NCBI RefSeq assembly: GCF_009914755.1
Contig: NC_060941.1
Length of the DNA stretch: 64,000 nt
From: the human T2T-CHM13v2.0 reference genome, Homo sapiens
Direction: 5' to 3' (one strand)
The notes beneath the pieces are model-generated. The model was given only the letters and a program-made list of their open reading frames with translations. It was not told the DNA's origin and searched no databases. A program made the translations under genes and the position numbers. Positions 1 through 16,225 of this stretch are shown piece by piece (the first letter of the stretch is position 1; each line of letters begins with the position of its first letter).

Positions 1-574
1 TAAAGCTGTGAAACCTGAGAGATAGAAAAAGAACCATTTTCGTCTCTGATCTCCCCACTCCAGAGCCAGACTTCATAGGAGCAGTCAGGGGAAGTTCCAT
101 TTCCCAGATCCTACATTGCACCTTGTTACTGGGCCCTAAAGCTACACAGCTTGTGCCAGTGACTCACAGATATCCTTCGTCGGCTTCCGTCCTGCATAAT
201 CCCATGAACAGCTGCTCACATGCTTCTTATTTGGGCAGTTCAGCTTGTCCTCCTCGTGTGGCTAGGTGGATGTTACTCCCAACCCATCCCTTTACATCAC
301 CCGCCCCCCACCCCCTGCAATGTAACTAAGTGGAGAAATACTGGTTTCCCATTAAAGGGGATTCAAAGCTATACTTGGACGCGAGCATCGGAAGTCCTAA
401 TATTTTCTTGGCACTTTCGCATCACTTCTAGCAACCCACAAATACTTCCTGTGTATTTAGTGTGTCCTACCAGTCCACTATACAGGAGGCACACAAAACG
501 TTCAAGACCGGGATACCTTTGGCAAGTTCCCAGTCCACTTGAGGAGATTAGGCTCATAGAAGTCAGCGAAGGTG

Positions 575-894
<320 letters not shown>

Positions 895-1204
895 TCAGCC
901 CCAAATTTCACAACATAAGGTAAAAGCTGTATTCCAGATCTATTTGTCAGTAGAACCTTAGAACAAAAACTCTTTCTGTAGTGATGATTGTTTTCTCAGA
1001 TCAGCTCATAAAACCCTGCTCACCTGACAATTAGCTGAACCGTAGTTTTTAAAATGCTAGCAAATAAACAAAAAATAAAGCAGCTGTTTGACTCATCCTA
1101 AACACTTTTGGAAAAAGGAAATTGTTGAAGGAACCATCATTAACTGAGTGAATGAAGATGAAGAGCTCAGTAGCAGCTTAGTGAGGATTTTTCTGGCTTT
1201 GTTT

Positions 1205-1370
1205 GGATTCTTAAGCTTTTTTGTGTCATGGACGTCTTTGGCAGTCTGGTGAGACCTACGGATTCTTTCTCAGAATAATGATTTTGACACGTCAAATAGA
1301 ATGCATGAGATTACAAAGGGAAAAAATATATTGGAACACAATTCTGGTCCCAGATAAGAATCCCCAAGGG
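1205..1370. mobile_element. Old hAT-Charlie-type DNA transposon fragment (subfamily uncertain)
   Basis: tttggcagtctggtgagacctacgga...ttctcagaataatg resembles a recalled Charlie-family consensus. Confidence 0.4.
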
Positions 1371-1539
1371 GCTGATTTCCCTTCAGAGGTTTGCTGGATA
1401 CTGTAGTACTGGCCATTTGTGCCCTTGTTAGATACAATTAAGAGGATGGGAGATGGTTTGGAGAGGTTTCCCTGGGATAATTGGGCAGAACAAACTTCAG
1501 AGAGGAGTGAGATGAAGGAGTTAAAAGGGTATTTGTCTA

Positions 1540-1850
1540 AACCTCGAAAGCATTATGCTAAGTGAAAGTAACCAGACACAAAAGGTCACATATTGTAGGA
1601 TTCATTTATAGTAAAATATCCAGAATAAGAAAATCCAAGGGGACAGAAAACATATTCATAGTTTCCACGAGCTGGGGGTAGACAGAAATTGCGGGGGCTG
1701 TTGAATGAGTATGGGATTTGGGGGTGATGAAATGTTTTGGGGGTAGAGCCGATGGCTGCATAATGTTATGCATAGACTAAATGCCACTGAATTGTGCACT
1801 TTAAAATGATTAATTTATTTCATATCAATGTTACCTTAATTTAAAAATAT
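1540..1850 (+). mobile_element. L1M (L1MB/L1MC-like) 3' fragment
   Basis: cattatgctaagtgaaag...ccagacacaaaagg; tgaaatgttttgg; gccactgaattgtgcactttaaaatg. Confidence 0.7.
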
Positions 1851-1894
1851 ATATATGGGTCATCAATGAAAAAGATTGCCTGTAAAAAAAATTA

Positions 1895-2656
<762 letters not shown>

Positions 2657-2890
2657 TCACACGAGTTGAATTTCTGCAGTTATTCATCCATGGAGGGGAA
2701 AAAAAAAAAGCTATCAGGACTTTAATAGAACCTGCTTCCAGAAATAATCACACAGCCAGAAAGGCATTCTTCAGTGGGATATTGATCTTGCTTTTAAAGG
2801 AGTTGTGTCATTTGGTGAGTAACTGCATTCATCCCAGCTGAGAATGTCTGCTTCTGTTCTGAGCATGGGGTGGTGTTTCTTCTTCACCAG

Positions 2891-3126
2891 ACTCCCATTC
2901 CAGTCACCCCAGCCCTGGATCCCCTGAGGATGCTGATGGATGATGCTGACGTGGCTGCCTGGCAGAACGAGGGCCTCCCAGCCGACCGCATGTCCGTGGA
3001 GAATGCCACCATTCTCATCAACTGTGAGCGCTGGCCACTCATGGTTGACCCTCAGCTACAAGGCATCAAATGGATCAAGAATAAATATGGTGAAGATCTC
3101 CGGGTCACGCAGATTGGTCAGAAAGG
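2891..3126 (+). CDS. DNAH9: DNAH9 exon A (236 nt): end of stalk region / start of AAA5, [11 protein letters not shown]...[15 protein letters not shown]...[17 protein letters not shown]...GQK
   Basis: Acceptor ttcttcaccag|act, donor gg|gtaagt; conserved dynein GLP-D-S-EN and RWPL-DPQ-Q motifs. Confidence 0.95.
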
Positions 3127-4084
3127 GTAAGTGGTTGAGCACAGAAGTTCCCACTTTAGCCATTTGTGCAGGAAAATGTATAGATCATGAGCAGATTTTA
3201 AGCCCAGTGAATGGTTTGTACACTCCTGGTCTCTCCATCAGGCTTCTCACGTTTCTCCGTCCATTTTAGCAAACATCTCAATGAAAGATGCCTGGGTACT
3301 AAGTCTTTGCTTTTTATCCACATGAGAAATTATGTACCACAACCTCTCGACCCATTCTGGGGTCCTTTCTTCACCATCCCTTGAGCTCATCCTCTCATTG
3401 TCCCTTAAACATTTCCTCCCCAAACTTCATATCCCATTGTCACATAGCTCTGTGCTTTATAAAGTTTTCCTCACCCTTAGCTAAAGCTGCCTCCCTTATC
3501 TCTCCTCTACCCATTATTTCTACCTCTGCCCTAGAGCCACATACAAAGAACAAAACTCTCCTCCTGAGGCACAGTTGAACATTTCAGTAGGTCCCATGAA
3601 GCAGCTGAGTTAGTTATGAAACCTTCAGAGCCCTTGGTACCTGCCATATGGCTTCGTACTTACCTGTGGGAAAGTTACCACGTGAAGGGACTTGAATGGC
3701 ACTGAGAATGTCTGGCCAGCACCCACCAGGCTTCAGTGGCTTGGGCCTTGACATCCCTCATGCCTCCCTTCATTTTAGCCTTGTGGTTTCAGTACTCATC
3801 CTGTTCTATGTCATCAGGACACCTGGGGAAACAGGATGGGGCAATGGGGAAGAGGAAGTGAGGCAGACATCATTCATTAGGAGGTTGATATGCATCAGTC
3901 TTGGTGTTAGAGGTTTTATCTCAAATGCCGTCCTTAATCCACACAGTTAATAAGGTTAGTAATCAACTGGCTAATAACCAGTAAGGTTATTGGTTCCATT
4001 TCACGTCCGAGGAAGCAGAGGTTCACAGAAGTTAAGTAATTTCCCTGGGGAGTTCGCCATTTTAAAAGTGATGGAAATTTGGCA

Positions 4085-5095
4085 CTCGTGTTTATAGCAG
4101 CATTATTCATAATAGACAAAAGGTGAAGAGAACCCAGATAAATGGATAAACAAAATGTGATGTACACATGCAATGGAATATTATTGCCTTAAAAGGAAAA
4201 CAGTTCTTAAAAGAGCATAATTAGATTGTGATACAAAGGAGAAATGCTTAAGGACATGGATACCCCATTTTCCATAACGTGATTATTATGCATAGCATCC
4301 CTGTATCAAAATAGCTTATGTACCCCATAAATATATACACCCATGTACCCATAAAAATTAAAAGTAAAAAATGTTTTCAAAGAAAACAATTTAAATAAAA
4401 TAAAATTGAAGTTAAAAAAAAGGGAAAAAATTCTGACACATGCCACAACATGGATGAATCTTTAAAGTGTTATGCAGAGTAAAATAAGCTGGTGACAAAA
4501 AGACAAATGTGGTATGATTCCTCTCATCCAAGGTTCCCAGGGTAGCCAAATTCATTGAGACAGAAAGTCGAATGGTGTTTGCCAGGGAGTGCGAGGGAGA
4601 GGGGAATGAAGAGTTAAGTGTTTCACAGGTACAGAGTTTCAGGTTTTGTTTTTTTTGTTTGTTTGTTTGTTTGTTTTTTGAGACGGAGTCTCACTCTGTC
4701 ACCCAGGCTGGAGTGCAGTGGTGCGATCTCAGCTCACTGCAACTTCCACCTCCCGGGTTCAAGCAAGCGATTCTCCTGGTTCAGCCTCCTGAGTAGCTGG
4801 GACTACAGGCGCCCACCACCACACCCGGCTAACTTTTTTTTGTATTTTTAGTAGAGACCGGGTTTCACTATGTTGGCCAGGCTGGTCTCGCACTCCTGAC
4901 CTTGTGATCTGCCTGCCTCAGCCTCCCAAAGTGCTGGGAGTGAGCCACTGCACCCGGCCAGTTTTGGTTTTTCAAGAACAGTTCTGTGAATGGATGATGG
5001 TGATGGATGCACAACAGTGTACTTAAAGCCATGGAACTGTACACATTAAGACGGCACACAATATATGTTACATATATTTTACCACAATTTAAATA
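4085..5095 (+). mobile_element. L1MB-like 3' fragment interrupted by an L1MA/PB-like 3' piece (~4205-4400) and an antisense Alu
   Basis: gcagcattattcataatag...atggataaacaaaatgtg; resumes ttctgacacatgccacaacatggatgaa and again after the Alu at gttctgtgaatggatgatggtg. Confidence 0.7.
4644..4959 (-). mobile_element. AluS (antisense, small deletion near its 5' end)
   Basis: Reverse-complement dimer; gctgggagtgagcc lacks ttacaggc. Confidence 0.88.
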
Positions 5096-5132
5096 TATTA
5101 ATTAATAAATATGTTTAAAAAGTAATGGAGGC

Positions 5133-5627
<495 letters not shown>

Positions 5628-5731
5628 TTAACCAAGTCAAACATTAAATATTATAAATGCATCCATCTTATAGAGCAAACTTTGTTGAGAAGTGAATGCC
5701 AAGGCATGCTATGATATATATAGATAGATAT

Positions 5732-5975
<244 letters not shown>

Positions 5976-6483
5976 AATATGATATATTTTTATTTGCATC
6001 TTTAGTCACATAGTAATCCAACCCTGGCCTTCTCCCGAAACTTTAATTAAAATATTCTTTTCCAGCTGACTAACAATGCATTTTAGACAGGTGTATGTTC
6101 TTTTTGCTCATTGCAGTGTCCCTAGTGTCTAAAACACTGCCGAATGCATTGTAGGCCCTTAATAAATATGTTCAATTAATTCTTAGTTCATGTCCATTAA
6201 CTACTTTCCTGTTGAATGGTTTTCTAGATTTGTTGTATATTATTTGAATACAAATGTTGCATTATATGTAATATGTATAGTCTTCTTTCTTCATATGAAT
6301 GAAAATTTGTTCGTCTCATTTGTCTTTTAATTTACTTTTGTGAGGTTTTACCTACTACAGTTCATTTTATTTTAGTTTTTTATTTGATCAGATTTGTCAG
6401 CCATTTATTCTATAAGTGATGCCTAGAGGAGTCTTTTCTCTCCAAGAATTTTTAAAATATTCACCTACATTTTTAGTTTTTAG

Positions 6484-6809
6484 TTTTTTTGTTTGTTTGT
6501 TTGTTTGTTTGTTTTAAGACAGGGTCTTACTCTGTCACCCAGGCTGGAGTACAGTGGTGAAATCATGGCTCCCTGCAGCCTCGACCTCCGGGGTTCAAGC
6601 AGTCCTTCCACCTTAGCCTCCCAGGTAGCTGGAACTACAGATGTGCAACACCATGCCCTGCTAATTTTTGGATTTTTGTAGAGAGGGTGTCTCACCATAT
6701 TGCCCAGGCTGGTCTCAAACTCCTGGTCTCAATCTCCTGGCCTCAAGCAATCATCCCACCTTGGCCTCCCAAAGTTCTGGGTTACAGGCATGAGCCACCA
6801 GGCCTGGCC
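6484..6809 (-). mobile_element. AluJ within old L1/L2 debris
   Basis: J-type acagggtct, gcagcctcgacctcc, ctcaagcaatc. Confidence 0.85.
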
Positions 6810-7389
6810 CATTTTTAAGTTTTTTGAGTTTTCTTTTTACATGGAAATCCAATCAATTTAAATATAGTTTAAGCTATTATATGTGGTACAGACTAATTTT
6901 CCAAGTGGTTAGCTATTGTTTCAATACCAAATATTAAATTTTCCATTCTTTCCTCAATTAATTAGACATGTCATTTTACTATATATTAAATTATTTTATT
7001 AAATAGGGTCATTATTCTTTTCTATGTATCTAATACTACACCAGCTCTTATTTACTTTTATATTTAGTAACATTTATTGTGGTGTTTCCCATTACAAAAG
7101 TAATGTATCATCACTGTAAAGAAAAATGAGAGGGCGGGGTAGGAGTTATCATAAAAAACAAAGAAATAAAAACTTCTATAATTCATCTTTCAAAAACACT
7201 GCTAACTTATTGGTATATGCTGTCCTTTAAGCCTTCTTTCTACACATCTATATTGTTGATATATATAAAATATGTAGTATTAGATAATGACTCCCTCCTC
7301 TTCTTCTTTATTGGTTTTCTCCTTGCCAGCCTCACTGTATTCTTTTAGGTTAACTTTAAGATCTTTGGTTGAGTTCCATAAAGTTTTAC

Positions 7390-7477
7390 TGTTATTCTTT
7401 GTTTGAGTTGTATTATATCAGTCTTATAAATTATTGTTATTCTTTGTTTGAGTTGTATTATATCAGTTTTATAAATT
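7390..7477. repeat. 45-bp tandem duplication
   Basis: tgttattctttgtttgagttgtattatatcagt(c/t)ttataaatt at 7390 and 7435, one mismatch. Confidence 0.9.
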
Positions 7478-8019
7478 GACTTTAAGAAAATCAAGCTATT
7501 TACATATTTATTAAACTCTACATAACACTGAAAAGTTAAAAGTAACCTAAATCTTTGTTAATTGATTGATAAATTAAGGTGTATCAATATGGCCTAATAC
7601 CCAGTCATTTAAAATTACATGGAAGGATGTTTAATGACATGGTGAAGTGATTACAATATATTTTCTGTAAAAAAAAACAGGTTATAAAACAAAACACCAT
7701 ATGAATCTAATACTCTCAAAGCTAAACTTGACAATATAATATATTCAAATATACGTAGTATACACCAAAACGTTGAAGACACATTATGGTTTTCATTATC
7801 TTTTTTGTATTTTATAATTTCTCCCTATTTCTAAAAGTGTATAGAATCACATAAATATCACTTTACATAGGGAAGAAATGTGGCCACTGAAAACATTCCA
7901 AATAGCTGTGCCTCCAACTATACCACCATGTCTTAGAGGTCACGCTTGTCTCATTAAATGGTCTCAACTCCATAGCTTGCCACAGTCTCATACTCCCGGA
8001 CTCATACTTGTTTCCCTAG

Positions 8020-8142
8020 CTACCTTCAAATCATAGAGCAGGCCCTGGAAGCTGGAGCTGTGGTGCTGATTGAAAATCTAGAGGAGTCCATTGATCCTGT
8101 TCTGGGACCCCTGCTTGGGAGAGAAGTCATTAAAAAAGGACG
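8020..8142 (+). CDS. DNAH9: DNAH9 exon B (123 nt): [43 protein letters not shown]5 Walker-B-like strand
   Basis: Absent from the ORF track, read directly. Acceptor tttccctag|c, donor cg|gtaaga; phase 2-2 fits both neighbours. Confidence 0.93.
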
Positions 8143-9150
8143 GTAAGACTCAGCTGTGTTGCTGACCCTTCGGGGGGAGCTGGTTCATGGCCCTGGTTAG
8201 AATCATGAAGAGGTCTGCTCTTCCTAGAATTTCCTCTCTTCAGTTCATGTCAAGTAGCTCCCTGCAGCACATCCACCTTTCTTTCTTCCAGCAGAGGTCT
8301 ATTTAGTGGCCTTTGTTTCCTAGAGAAAGTTTCCTGGAGAAACTTTGCTTCCATCAGCCAGTGTCCCAACTGACTTCCTTCTAAATGGCCACAGTGCACA
8401 ATTTTGGAAAAACTTGAGAAGGAAATCGGTCAAAAAGCAGACTGACTTTTAAGTACGAGCATCTTATACAAGCCAGTCATCTGAATTCTGACAACTCGGT
8501 TCCTTGTCAATTTAATGAGTCTCTGCTGCTTTGAGTGCTGGCTCATGATGAGGGCTTAGCAAGCACAAGGCAAAGCAGGGGGTGGTGTGGAGAGGAAAAG
8601 AGAGGAAGGAGACGGGCAATGGGTTCGTATGAAGGGCAGAGTAATTATCATGAAGGGGTGCTTGACTCAGGAGCCTCACCCACTGCTGGGGCCATCGTTG
8701 CCTTTACTGTCCTCAAGTCGTGCTCGTTTACTTGGTTAATCATTTTCACCCATAGATGTCATTCCCATGTCAGCCATGAGGAAAAGTAAGCCCTATTGCT
8801 GGCGTATAAAGCACGTTTGTGGAAACTGCAAGGTGGTTCACCTTCCTCCAGACACTTCACTGCCATCTGCTGGAAATTGTTCATAATGTACTAATCTACA
8901 TTGACACAACAGGCATGGCTCTTCCTAGAGTTGCACAGTACAGAACCAAACATGGTGGCCATGGGAAAACATCTATCCCCCTCCACACCTGTTCCCAACA
9001 TTAGTGCAAAAAAGAATCCCAGGGCTCATCCTAGACATAGGAGGAATCCATCTGAATATAGCAATATTGTTTGAAAAAAATCTCAAATTCTGACCCCAAC
9101 CAAATTTTGCAGGAAGGCACCTTACCTTCACATGAGCCTTTATGTTCCAG

Positions 9151-9355
9151 ATTCATTAAAATTGGAGACAAAGAATGTGAATACAATCCCAAGTTCCGGC
9201 TCATCCTCCACACCAAGCTGGCTAATCCTCACTACCAGCCTGAGCTGCAGGCTCAGGCCACCCTGATCAACTTCACCGTGACCAGGGATGGCCTGGAGGA
9301 CCAGTTGCTGGCCGCTGTGGTCAGCATGGAGAGGCCAGACTTGGAGCAGCTGAAG
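9151..9355 (+). CDS. DNAH9: DNAH9 exon C (205 nt): [31 protein letters not shown]...[16 protein letters not shown]...ERPDLEQLK (AAA5)
   Basis: Acceptor gttccag|a, donor aag|gtgagg; classic NPHY-PE and INFTVT-GLE-QLL motifs. Confidence 0.95.
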
Positions 9356-9568
9356 GTGAGGACAGAAGGGAGAAAATGTTCTGCCACTAGAGCCTGCAGT
9401 GTACTCCACTCTGGGAGAGGTTGCAGAGGGGGGCTGTTTTTCCTGGATTGAGTTAGGTGGGTTCTGCTAGACTCTGGAAGACTGCTGACCCCATGTAGCA
9501 ACCTGGGAATACCATACTGGGGAAAGAAGGATGGGTGAGCTGAAGAACAGAAGCAAAAACAGTTTGAA

Positions 9569-9960
<392 letters not shown>

Positions 9961-10018
9961 CTAAGCGGAATGAAATTCTACAAGGGTAACAGAACTAGGT
10001 CCAACAGTGTTAGGGTCA

Positions 10019-10343
10019 TGTCTTAGCTTGGGCTGCCATAACAAAATACCATAGACGGGGTGGCTTAAATAACACATATTTGTTCTCCTATAATTCTGGA
10101 AGTTGGAAGTCTGCGATCATGTTGGTTTTTGGTGAGGCCTCTTTTCCTGCCTTGGAGGCAGCGGCCTTCTCACTGTGACCTCACATGACCTCTTCTTTGC
10201 ACATAAAGAAAGCCATGGCTCCACCCTGATGACCTCATTTAACCTTAATTACCTCCTTAAAGGCCACATCTCCAATATAGTCACATGGGGGAGTTAAGGC
10301 TTCAACATAGGACTTTTAGGACAACACAATTCAATCCACAGCA
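10019..10343 (-). mobile_element. MLT1 (MaLR) solo LTR
   Basis: tgtcttagcttgggctgccataacaaaatacc...ggcttcaacatagg...caattcaatccacagca. Confidence 0.8.
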
Positions 10344-10464
10344 GATAACGTGCTTTTTGTCCTCTCTTTAAATGTGATTAGATTATACAATATGGCGGGG
10401 TCAGTAGGTGGAATTCCAGTGCATGAGAGATTGAGTTCAGGGCTCCCTGGGACTCCGCTTCCTG

Positions 10465-10870
10465 CAATCATTCATTCATTGAACAGATACCTAGGGAGCA
10501 CCACCTCTGTAACAGGCAGGATTTGAGGTATGGAGGATTCAGCAGTGAACAAAGAAAACCATGTCCCAGCCTTCATGGAATCTACACTCTAGTGGAGGAA
10601 CACAGAAAACAGCAACGTAAACAAATGAACAATGCCATTCAGATAGTGATAAGAATTTTTAAGAAAATAAAACAGGGTAATACTGGAAAGCCAGAGGGCA
10701 AATTTAAACAGTGGTGGTCAGAAAAAGATTCGGTGAGGAGTTGGCATCTGAGCTAATTCCTAAATAATTGTAAAGCCTCTGGGCATAGAGCATTCCCAGC
10801 ACAGAGAACAGCAAATCCTGGTCTTAAGGCAGGATCAAGATATGTGGTTTTAAGAAACAAGAAAGGTCAG
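10465..10870 (-). mobile_element. L2 fragment
   Basis: tcattcattcattgaacagatacc...ccagccttcatggaatctacactctagtgg. Confidence 0.6.
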
Positions 10871-11528
10871 GGTGGCTGTGGTTGGAACCTCCAACAGGAA
10901 GGTTGTTCTTCCCACGGATCCAAAGGCTGTACAAGGGCAAAGACACTACAGCTGCCTGAAGTTAGTGCTTTAGGATATGGAGCATAAAGAGAGGAAGAGA
11001 TGAGATCCACTTGGATACCAGCACCCCACTCCAGCCTCGAGGAAGCTTTTACACAGTCTGCCATGGTTTTACACAGTTTAAAACTGGAAGACAGATTCTG
11101 CTGATTTTTTTTTAAGTAAGCCATAGGAGAGTTGTTCATTAAAGTAAATTGGTAATAGAGAGAACTCTCCAGAGAACTAAAACTGGACCCTAACTCTCTA
11201 GTTACACAAATAAGCTCCGTTTAGTGAACACTGATAATGCAGTGTGTTGCCCATTGTGCATTAAGCATAGCACAGAAATCCTAAAAGTTGGGACTGGGAT
11301 TACAGAAGAGTAAAGAGGGTAAACTGGCTCAAGGTCATGTGCCCAGAATATTGTACAGTTGGGCACCAATTTGACTCCTTGTCTCCTGCTCATGGTCTGA
11401 AGCTCTTTGCCATTCTGCCTCCACTTTACTATCTTTAAGGCAAGGGACTCTCGCCCTATTCAGACACATCCTTAGAGCAGGATGCCCTGGGCATCTGCAC
11501 CTGACTGTCTCTTGCTTGATATTTGCAG

Positions 11529-11693
11529 TCCGATCTCACAAAGCAGCAGAATGGATTCAAAATTACCCTGAAAACGTTGGAAGACAGTCTTCTCTCTCGC
11601 CTCTCCTCCGCCTCTGGGAACTTCCTGGGAGAAACAGTGCTGGTGGAAAACCTAGAGATCACCAAGCAGACTGCTGCCGAAGTTGAGAAAAAG
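11529..11693 (+). CDS. DNAH9: DNAH9 exon D (165 nt): [35 protein letters not shown]...EVEKK (buttress coiled coil)
   Basis: Acceptor atttgcag|tcc, donor aag|gtaaaa; LED-LL-L-GN-L buttress signature. Confidence 0.94.
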
Positions 11694-13917
11694 GTAAAAC
11701 TCCTCTGGCTAGTCTGGGAAGGCAGCCTAGGCTGGGGTCCTCCTACAATTTTCTCTCCTCTTAGACAATGAGTCTGACTTTTAGAAAAATGTCAAAGTAA
11801 CACATGGCTTTTCTGTCTTAGCAAGGTTCTTCTAGAAAGTCTACCTAGGCAGGACTCCTGAAGTGACTACCCCATATATCTTGTATTATGTAGTTCCCAC
11901 CTTCTGGAAAATACTTTTGATGTCTTAACTCCATCCACAGTTGAGGAACACTTAAGCCTTTGTGGGGCCTGGTATTCTGTGCAGGGAATGGTAGCTCAAA
12001 ATGGATACCTCAGATAGTGTGTGGAATTGCCCTGAAGCTAAGGAATCGCACTGCTGGAAAAGCCAACTGGTTTGGGCATGATTGCATCCTGACAAAACCC
12101 ACCGGACCGCAGAATCTCACAAGTCTGATCTTAATGAGAAAACCTCAATAACTTCCTAGGAAACTCAGCTCTCAAAAACTGTATCATCCTGGGAAGTGAT
12201 GACACAGTGCCCTACTGTGTGTAGCTTCCTTTATTTTATAATGTTTGGAAGGCCCTCGGTCCCCCCTGTGAGGACTAGAAGACGGGGTGTGATGGGAAAG
12301 GGGCCCAACCCCTGCTCTGTTCCAGCATACCACCAAACCTCCAACAAGGCCTTTTGCAGTCTCAGTCTCGCGCTTGCATCAGAAGGGCATTGGAGATATT
12401 GGCCCTGAGCAGGACAGAGCATATCTGTAACAGTGTCCAGGAACAATATACCTTTGACGGAAGATGCTTATTGCCAGATTATTGGGATTTCTCCAAATAT
12501 GAAAGACTTCGTTCTAGGTAGAGACAAGGTAGGAAATATGAAAAGCAATGATGGGTAAGACAGATAAACCAGGTCATACCCACTCTGGGGTGAGGGACAG
12601 CTGAGGTTGGAGTGATGAGATTGAAAGGAGGAAGAGTCAGCCGAACATTGGGTCAACAGCAGGGATGTGACCACCAGGTTCCACTATCAGTTACCTATGG
12701 CCTCCGTATCTCTGGTTGGGGGCATGAGAGTTTGTAAAGTAATTACGGTAGAGCTGCCACTGCCCTGGATAAGAGAGCTGGGGAGACAGACCCAACTTAC
12801 ATCAAGAGAGTAGGTCAGAGGATGGGATGCAGCATACTGATCTCTTCTCCCCACCTCTTCATCTGTTTTTTTTTTATCTTTTTCTTTAAAATCAATGAAC
12901 ACTTATTGAGTACCTGCTGTGTGCCGAGGGTTGTATGAAGCTTTCTTTTTCCTTTTGTTGTTCCGTTTCTTTTTGTCTTCTCTCTCTTTCTCATTTATTC
13001 ATCTCATGAACACTTACTTGAAGGCCACTGTATTCTAAGATCCATGATGAAAGTTGGAGATACAGCAAGAAATTTGCTATAATCCTAGGCTTTTAGGGCC
13101 TGGCCCTCTAAGGAAGAAAGACAAGTAAACAGGCAGTTACAAAACAGGGCTGAGGGCTGAGGCCAAGAAAGCACAGGGATCAGTGAACACACAAAGGAGG
13201 AACACTCAACCCACATTGGGTGCGAGGGAGGAGGTGCTTCCCTTGAGTGTAACTGGAACATAGAGGGGGTGGGAGCTGGAAGTGGTCACTGGCAATAAGG
13301 CATGAAAGGTGGCCTGAGTTTCCGTTGTATAGGGCTGTGTAAACCATGCTGGGAAAATTGGGCTACGTCCTGATGGGCATCAAAGATCATAAACCTCTTT
13401 CACATATTTTCCATCTCTGTTTCTTTCTGAGTTGCTTTTGTAACAATTTCCTGAGATTTCTCTTTTAGTTTGCTGATTTTCTTTTCAACTCCAGTCTATT
13501 ATTTAAACTGAACACTTTTTAAATTTAAATAACTATACTCTTATTTTTAGAAGTTGTAGCTAGTTCTTTTCCAGATATGCCTGTTCTTTTTCATAATGTC
13601 CATATTTTATGCTTCCTTTTGTGTCCACTGCTCTAAAACATACTTTGTTAATGGTGAGTTTGTTCAGTCATTCTCAGTTCATGAGATGCTAATCCTTCTG
13701 GGTGTTTTTAGTTTAGTTTTGTTTTGTTTTGGAAAGGGGCCTTCTGATTGTTCCCTTTTGTAATACTCCTGCAGTTTGTAATTGTTTATTATGAGAACAT
13801 CTTCAATAAGGATCATTGCCTTTTCCTGTGGTGCTCCCACAAATTATCAGTAACTTTCCTCTATTTTGGAGCATAAGGGCAGAGCATATTGAGGTTTGCT
13901 TTTAGAAGCATAGTCTA

Positions 13918-14355
<438 letters not shown>

Positions 14356-14766
14356 CTATTTCACAAAAATTAAGAAAAAAGAAGACTATACTATGTTTCT
14401 TTCCCTGGATTTCCACTGCTTGGCATTCTAGTTCATTTTTGAGTCATACTTTTTTTTTTTTTTTTTGCATTTCCATGAAATCTTTCTCATTAGAGATGGA
14501 GTGTGGAGGCTTTCATGGCTCACGCTTCCCAACTGGAAGAGCTGACACCTCACCCTCCGAAAGCACTAGAAGTTTACCATCTCCTTTCTCATCCAAGTTC
14601 TAGGAAGGAATACCATAGTAGCTTTTCAACTTTCTACCCATCATCCCCATCCCTCTTCACTCCATCCCCTAAGCAGACGCATGTCTACTCACACAGAGGG
14701 GCCAAGTTGATTCTCAGGAAGCCCAGGTTGGTTGGAACAGTGGGCTGCTGTTTATTTTTCCAACAG

Positions 14767-14907
14767 GTCCAGGAGGCCAAGGTGACTGAAGTGAAAATCA
14801 ACGAGGCCCGAGAGCACTACCGGCCAGCAGCTGCCAGGGCCTCACTGCTCTACTTCATCATGAACGACCTCAGCAAGATCCATCCAATGTACCAGTTTTC
14901 TCTCAAG
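14767..14907 (+). CDS. DNAH9: DNAH9 exon E (141 nt): [47 protein letters not shown]
   Basis: Acceptor ttccaacag|gtc, donor aag|gtgact; YRP-A-R and PMYQFSL motifs. Confidence 0.94.
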
Positions 14908-15677
14908 GTGACTTACACCTGGAGTTTCTTGCCTGATTATAATAAAGCAGTGTAATATTGCCAATGCAGCTCTCTGTGAGAGCTTATCCATGTAAGATCA
15001 TTAGCTATGGCAAGTCTGTAAGATCAAAGCCAGGAGAGGAGCTATGTTACCTTCAGACATCTCTTACCATCCTCATCTCTTTAATTGGGTCTTACATGAC
15101 TCACGGGTAATTTTGACTGGAACAGAACAGGACACCACAGCAAGTCTTGGCTCATTCAGTAGGCACACATGATACAGTAGGTACTATGCTTACTGAATGT
15201 GTGGAAGGTGATACCGAAGAAGTCTGAGAAGTGATCCCTGTCCCCAAAGAGCTTAAAATATAATAGACAATCAAATGTGTCACTTGTATTGATTAAAGTC
15301 CAAAGCAGGCAATAATAATACACCAACTTTAAATTAGTTTTCTTATGACCCTAATATCCCCAAAGCTGCTGCTTATGATTGTTGAAATATTCCTAAAACC
15401 ACCAAAGATGTTAGCAAATTGTAAGTGCTGACTAAACTTATCTTACTCATGAAAAAATAAAGACCTATAAATTTTTAGTGCATCTCTGAAAGTACATCTT
15501 TCCCCCCTAGGGCATTCACCAAAAGACCACAATTGAAGAGGCATTAGGAGGTAGTGAAGCATTTCTAAATTTCTTTGGTTTGACCCAACAAAGAGGACAT
15601 GCATACATATACACACAGAGAAACAGGAGAGAGAGACCATATGTATATAGACACATGGAGATTTCACATACACACAG

Positions 15678-15678
<1 letters not shown>

Positions 15679-15708
<30 letters not shown>
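15679..15708. repeat. (CA)n microsatellite
   Basis: About 15 uninterrupted CA units. Confidence 0.9.
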
Positions 15709-15712
<4 letters not shown>

Positions 15713-15923
15713 GCACACACTTCAGAATCTGTGGAGTGCTTTCAGCTAAACCACCATGTGAAGACCAAGATGGCAGGGATGGTGATGAGCAGATGAGAAA
15801 TCAGAAGGCCTCCAGTTCCTGGGGCTCATTTGATTGAAGATGGCATTTAATCATTTCCCAATCTTATTATTTTAACTCAGAGTCTCTGCAGATTGGATGA
15901 ACTGTGTTTATAATATTTTATGG

Positions 15924-16225
15924 TTTTTTGTTTTTTTTTTTTTGAGAGGGAGTCTCGCTTTGTTGCCCAGGCTGGAGTGCAGAGGCGCGATCTCGGCTTA
16001 CTGCAAGCTCTGCCTCCCGGGTTGAGGCCATTCTCCTGCCTCAGCCTCCCGAGTAGCTGGGACTACAGGTGCCCACCACCGCACCTGGCTAATTTTTTTT
16101 GTATTTTTAGTAGAGACGGGGTTTCACTGTGTTAGCCAGGATGGTCTCGATCTCCGGACTTCGTGATCCGCCCGCCTCGGCCTCCAAAGTGCTGGGATTA
16201 CAGGCGTGAGCCACTGCACCCGGTC
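15924..16225 (-). mobile_element. AluY
   Basis: gcaagctc and gttagccaggatggtctcgatctcc diagnostics. Confidence 0.88.
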
